A stretch of 64,000 nt of DNA from Antedon mediterranea (taxonomy: Eukaryota; Animalia; Echinodermata). Numbering within the stretch: position 1 is the stretch's first letter; the number at the start of each line of letters is the position of its first letter. A program made the position numbers and the translations under genes. This document shows, piece after piece, positions 63,329 to 64,000 of the stretch. Location: assembly GCF_964355755.1 (NCBI RefSeq), contig NC_092673.1:17481648-17545647 (forward strand), given 5' to 3'. Under the pieces are notes generated by a model. It ran no database searches. It was not told the origin of the DNA and saw only the letters and a program-made list of their open reading frames with translations.

Positions 63329-63358
63329 ATGTTGCTGGAACATCAAGTTCAAACCAAG
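63329..63358 (+). CDS. Candidate next micro-exon of the ROCO gene (DVAGTSSSNQ)
   Basis: TACAG acceptor (alternative in-frame acceptor giving a start at 63320), AAG|GTATG donor, phase 1-1, open frame; implies the gene continues beyond the window. Confidence 0.55.
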
Positions 63359-64000
63359 GTATGTTATGTCTTTTATTATTATTATAATGAAGTAAGTCAA
63401 TTAAGACAGAAAAGGATTTTGTGTTATAACCAATTGCATAATATATGGCCATGATGTATGTAGCATGTTTAAATACATGCTTATAAAATAAAGGAAGAGC
63501 ATATCTTTTTGAAATAGACGTCATCTCATATTGATCATTCTAAACAGTGGTAAAGAAGCCAAACAATACTTTCTCTAAAATTATTTAAACACAAAAACAT
63601 GATATTGATAATTAAGATAATGTAATGAGTGTAAGTAGTTTTACTGTAGTTTTTTAATTAATATATTAATTACATATACAGTAAATATAAAATTATTATA
63701 GTGTTTCATTTATTTATATTCTTAAAACAATGATTATGATTTTACCAATAATTCAATAATAATTATACTATTGGCTAGAGCTATCTATCTGACGTTTTCA
63801 AGACTGATTTAGGGATTGTTCTTTTTTTTTGATGACCACCAGAATCTCGCACACAAAAACAGCAGCTTCAGTTAATGCAGCTATAAACATTTTTTTATAG
63901 CAATTATATAACAAAACTGCTTATAATTATTGACTGCTTTTTCATCGTTCAGTATATTTATATCTCTCGCCTCACGATCCAAACGGAAGCCACATGGCCC

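Overview
AT-rich, intron-containing animal (probably marine invertebrate) genomic DNA, not prokaryotic; most entries in the ORF track are spurious or are exon/TE fragments. The only host gene is a + strand, multi-exon ROCO-family gene starting at ATG 14358 and continuing past the right edge. It is built from tandem Roc-GTPase/COR modules with no N-terminal LRR/ANK sensor. Module 1 (14358-29586) and module 3 (49988-62411) splice into uninterrupted frames and are joined by phase-1-compatible junctions. Module 2 (31933-48953) is a recent chimeric duplicate whose middle has been replaced by a back-to-back pair of Gmr1-type (PR-INT-RT-RH) Gypsy elements. Module 3 has a 27-bp-repeat His/Asp-rich exon inside its GTPase domain, and both complete modules have a non-canonical G4 motif (THKG). 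Much of the rest is deeply nested transposons with readable termini and TSDs: hAT-like, 6-bp-TSD hAT-like, Helitron, Tx1 LINE, Kolobok, Sola1, Harbinger, Helentron/HINE-like units with tRNA-Val copies, two Academ elements (one a 3.9-kb foldback) and a CR1-group LINE. Coordinates were read by eye and may be off by a few bases; no database searches were run.
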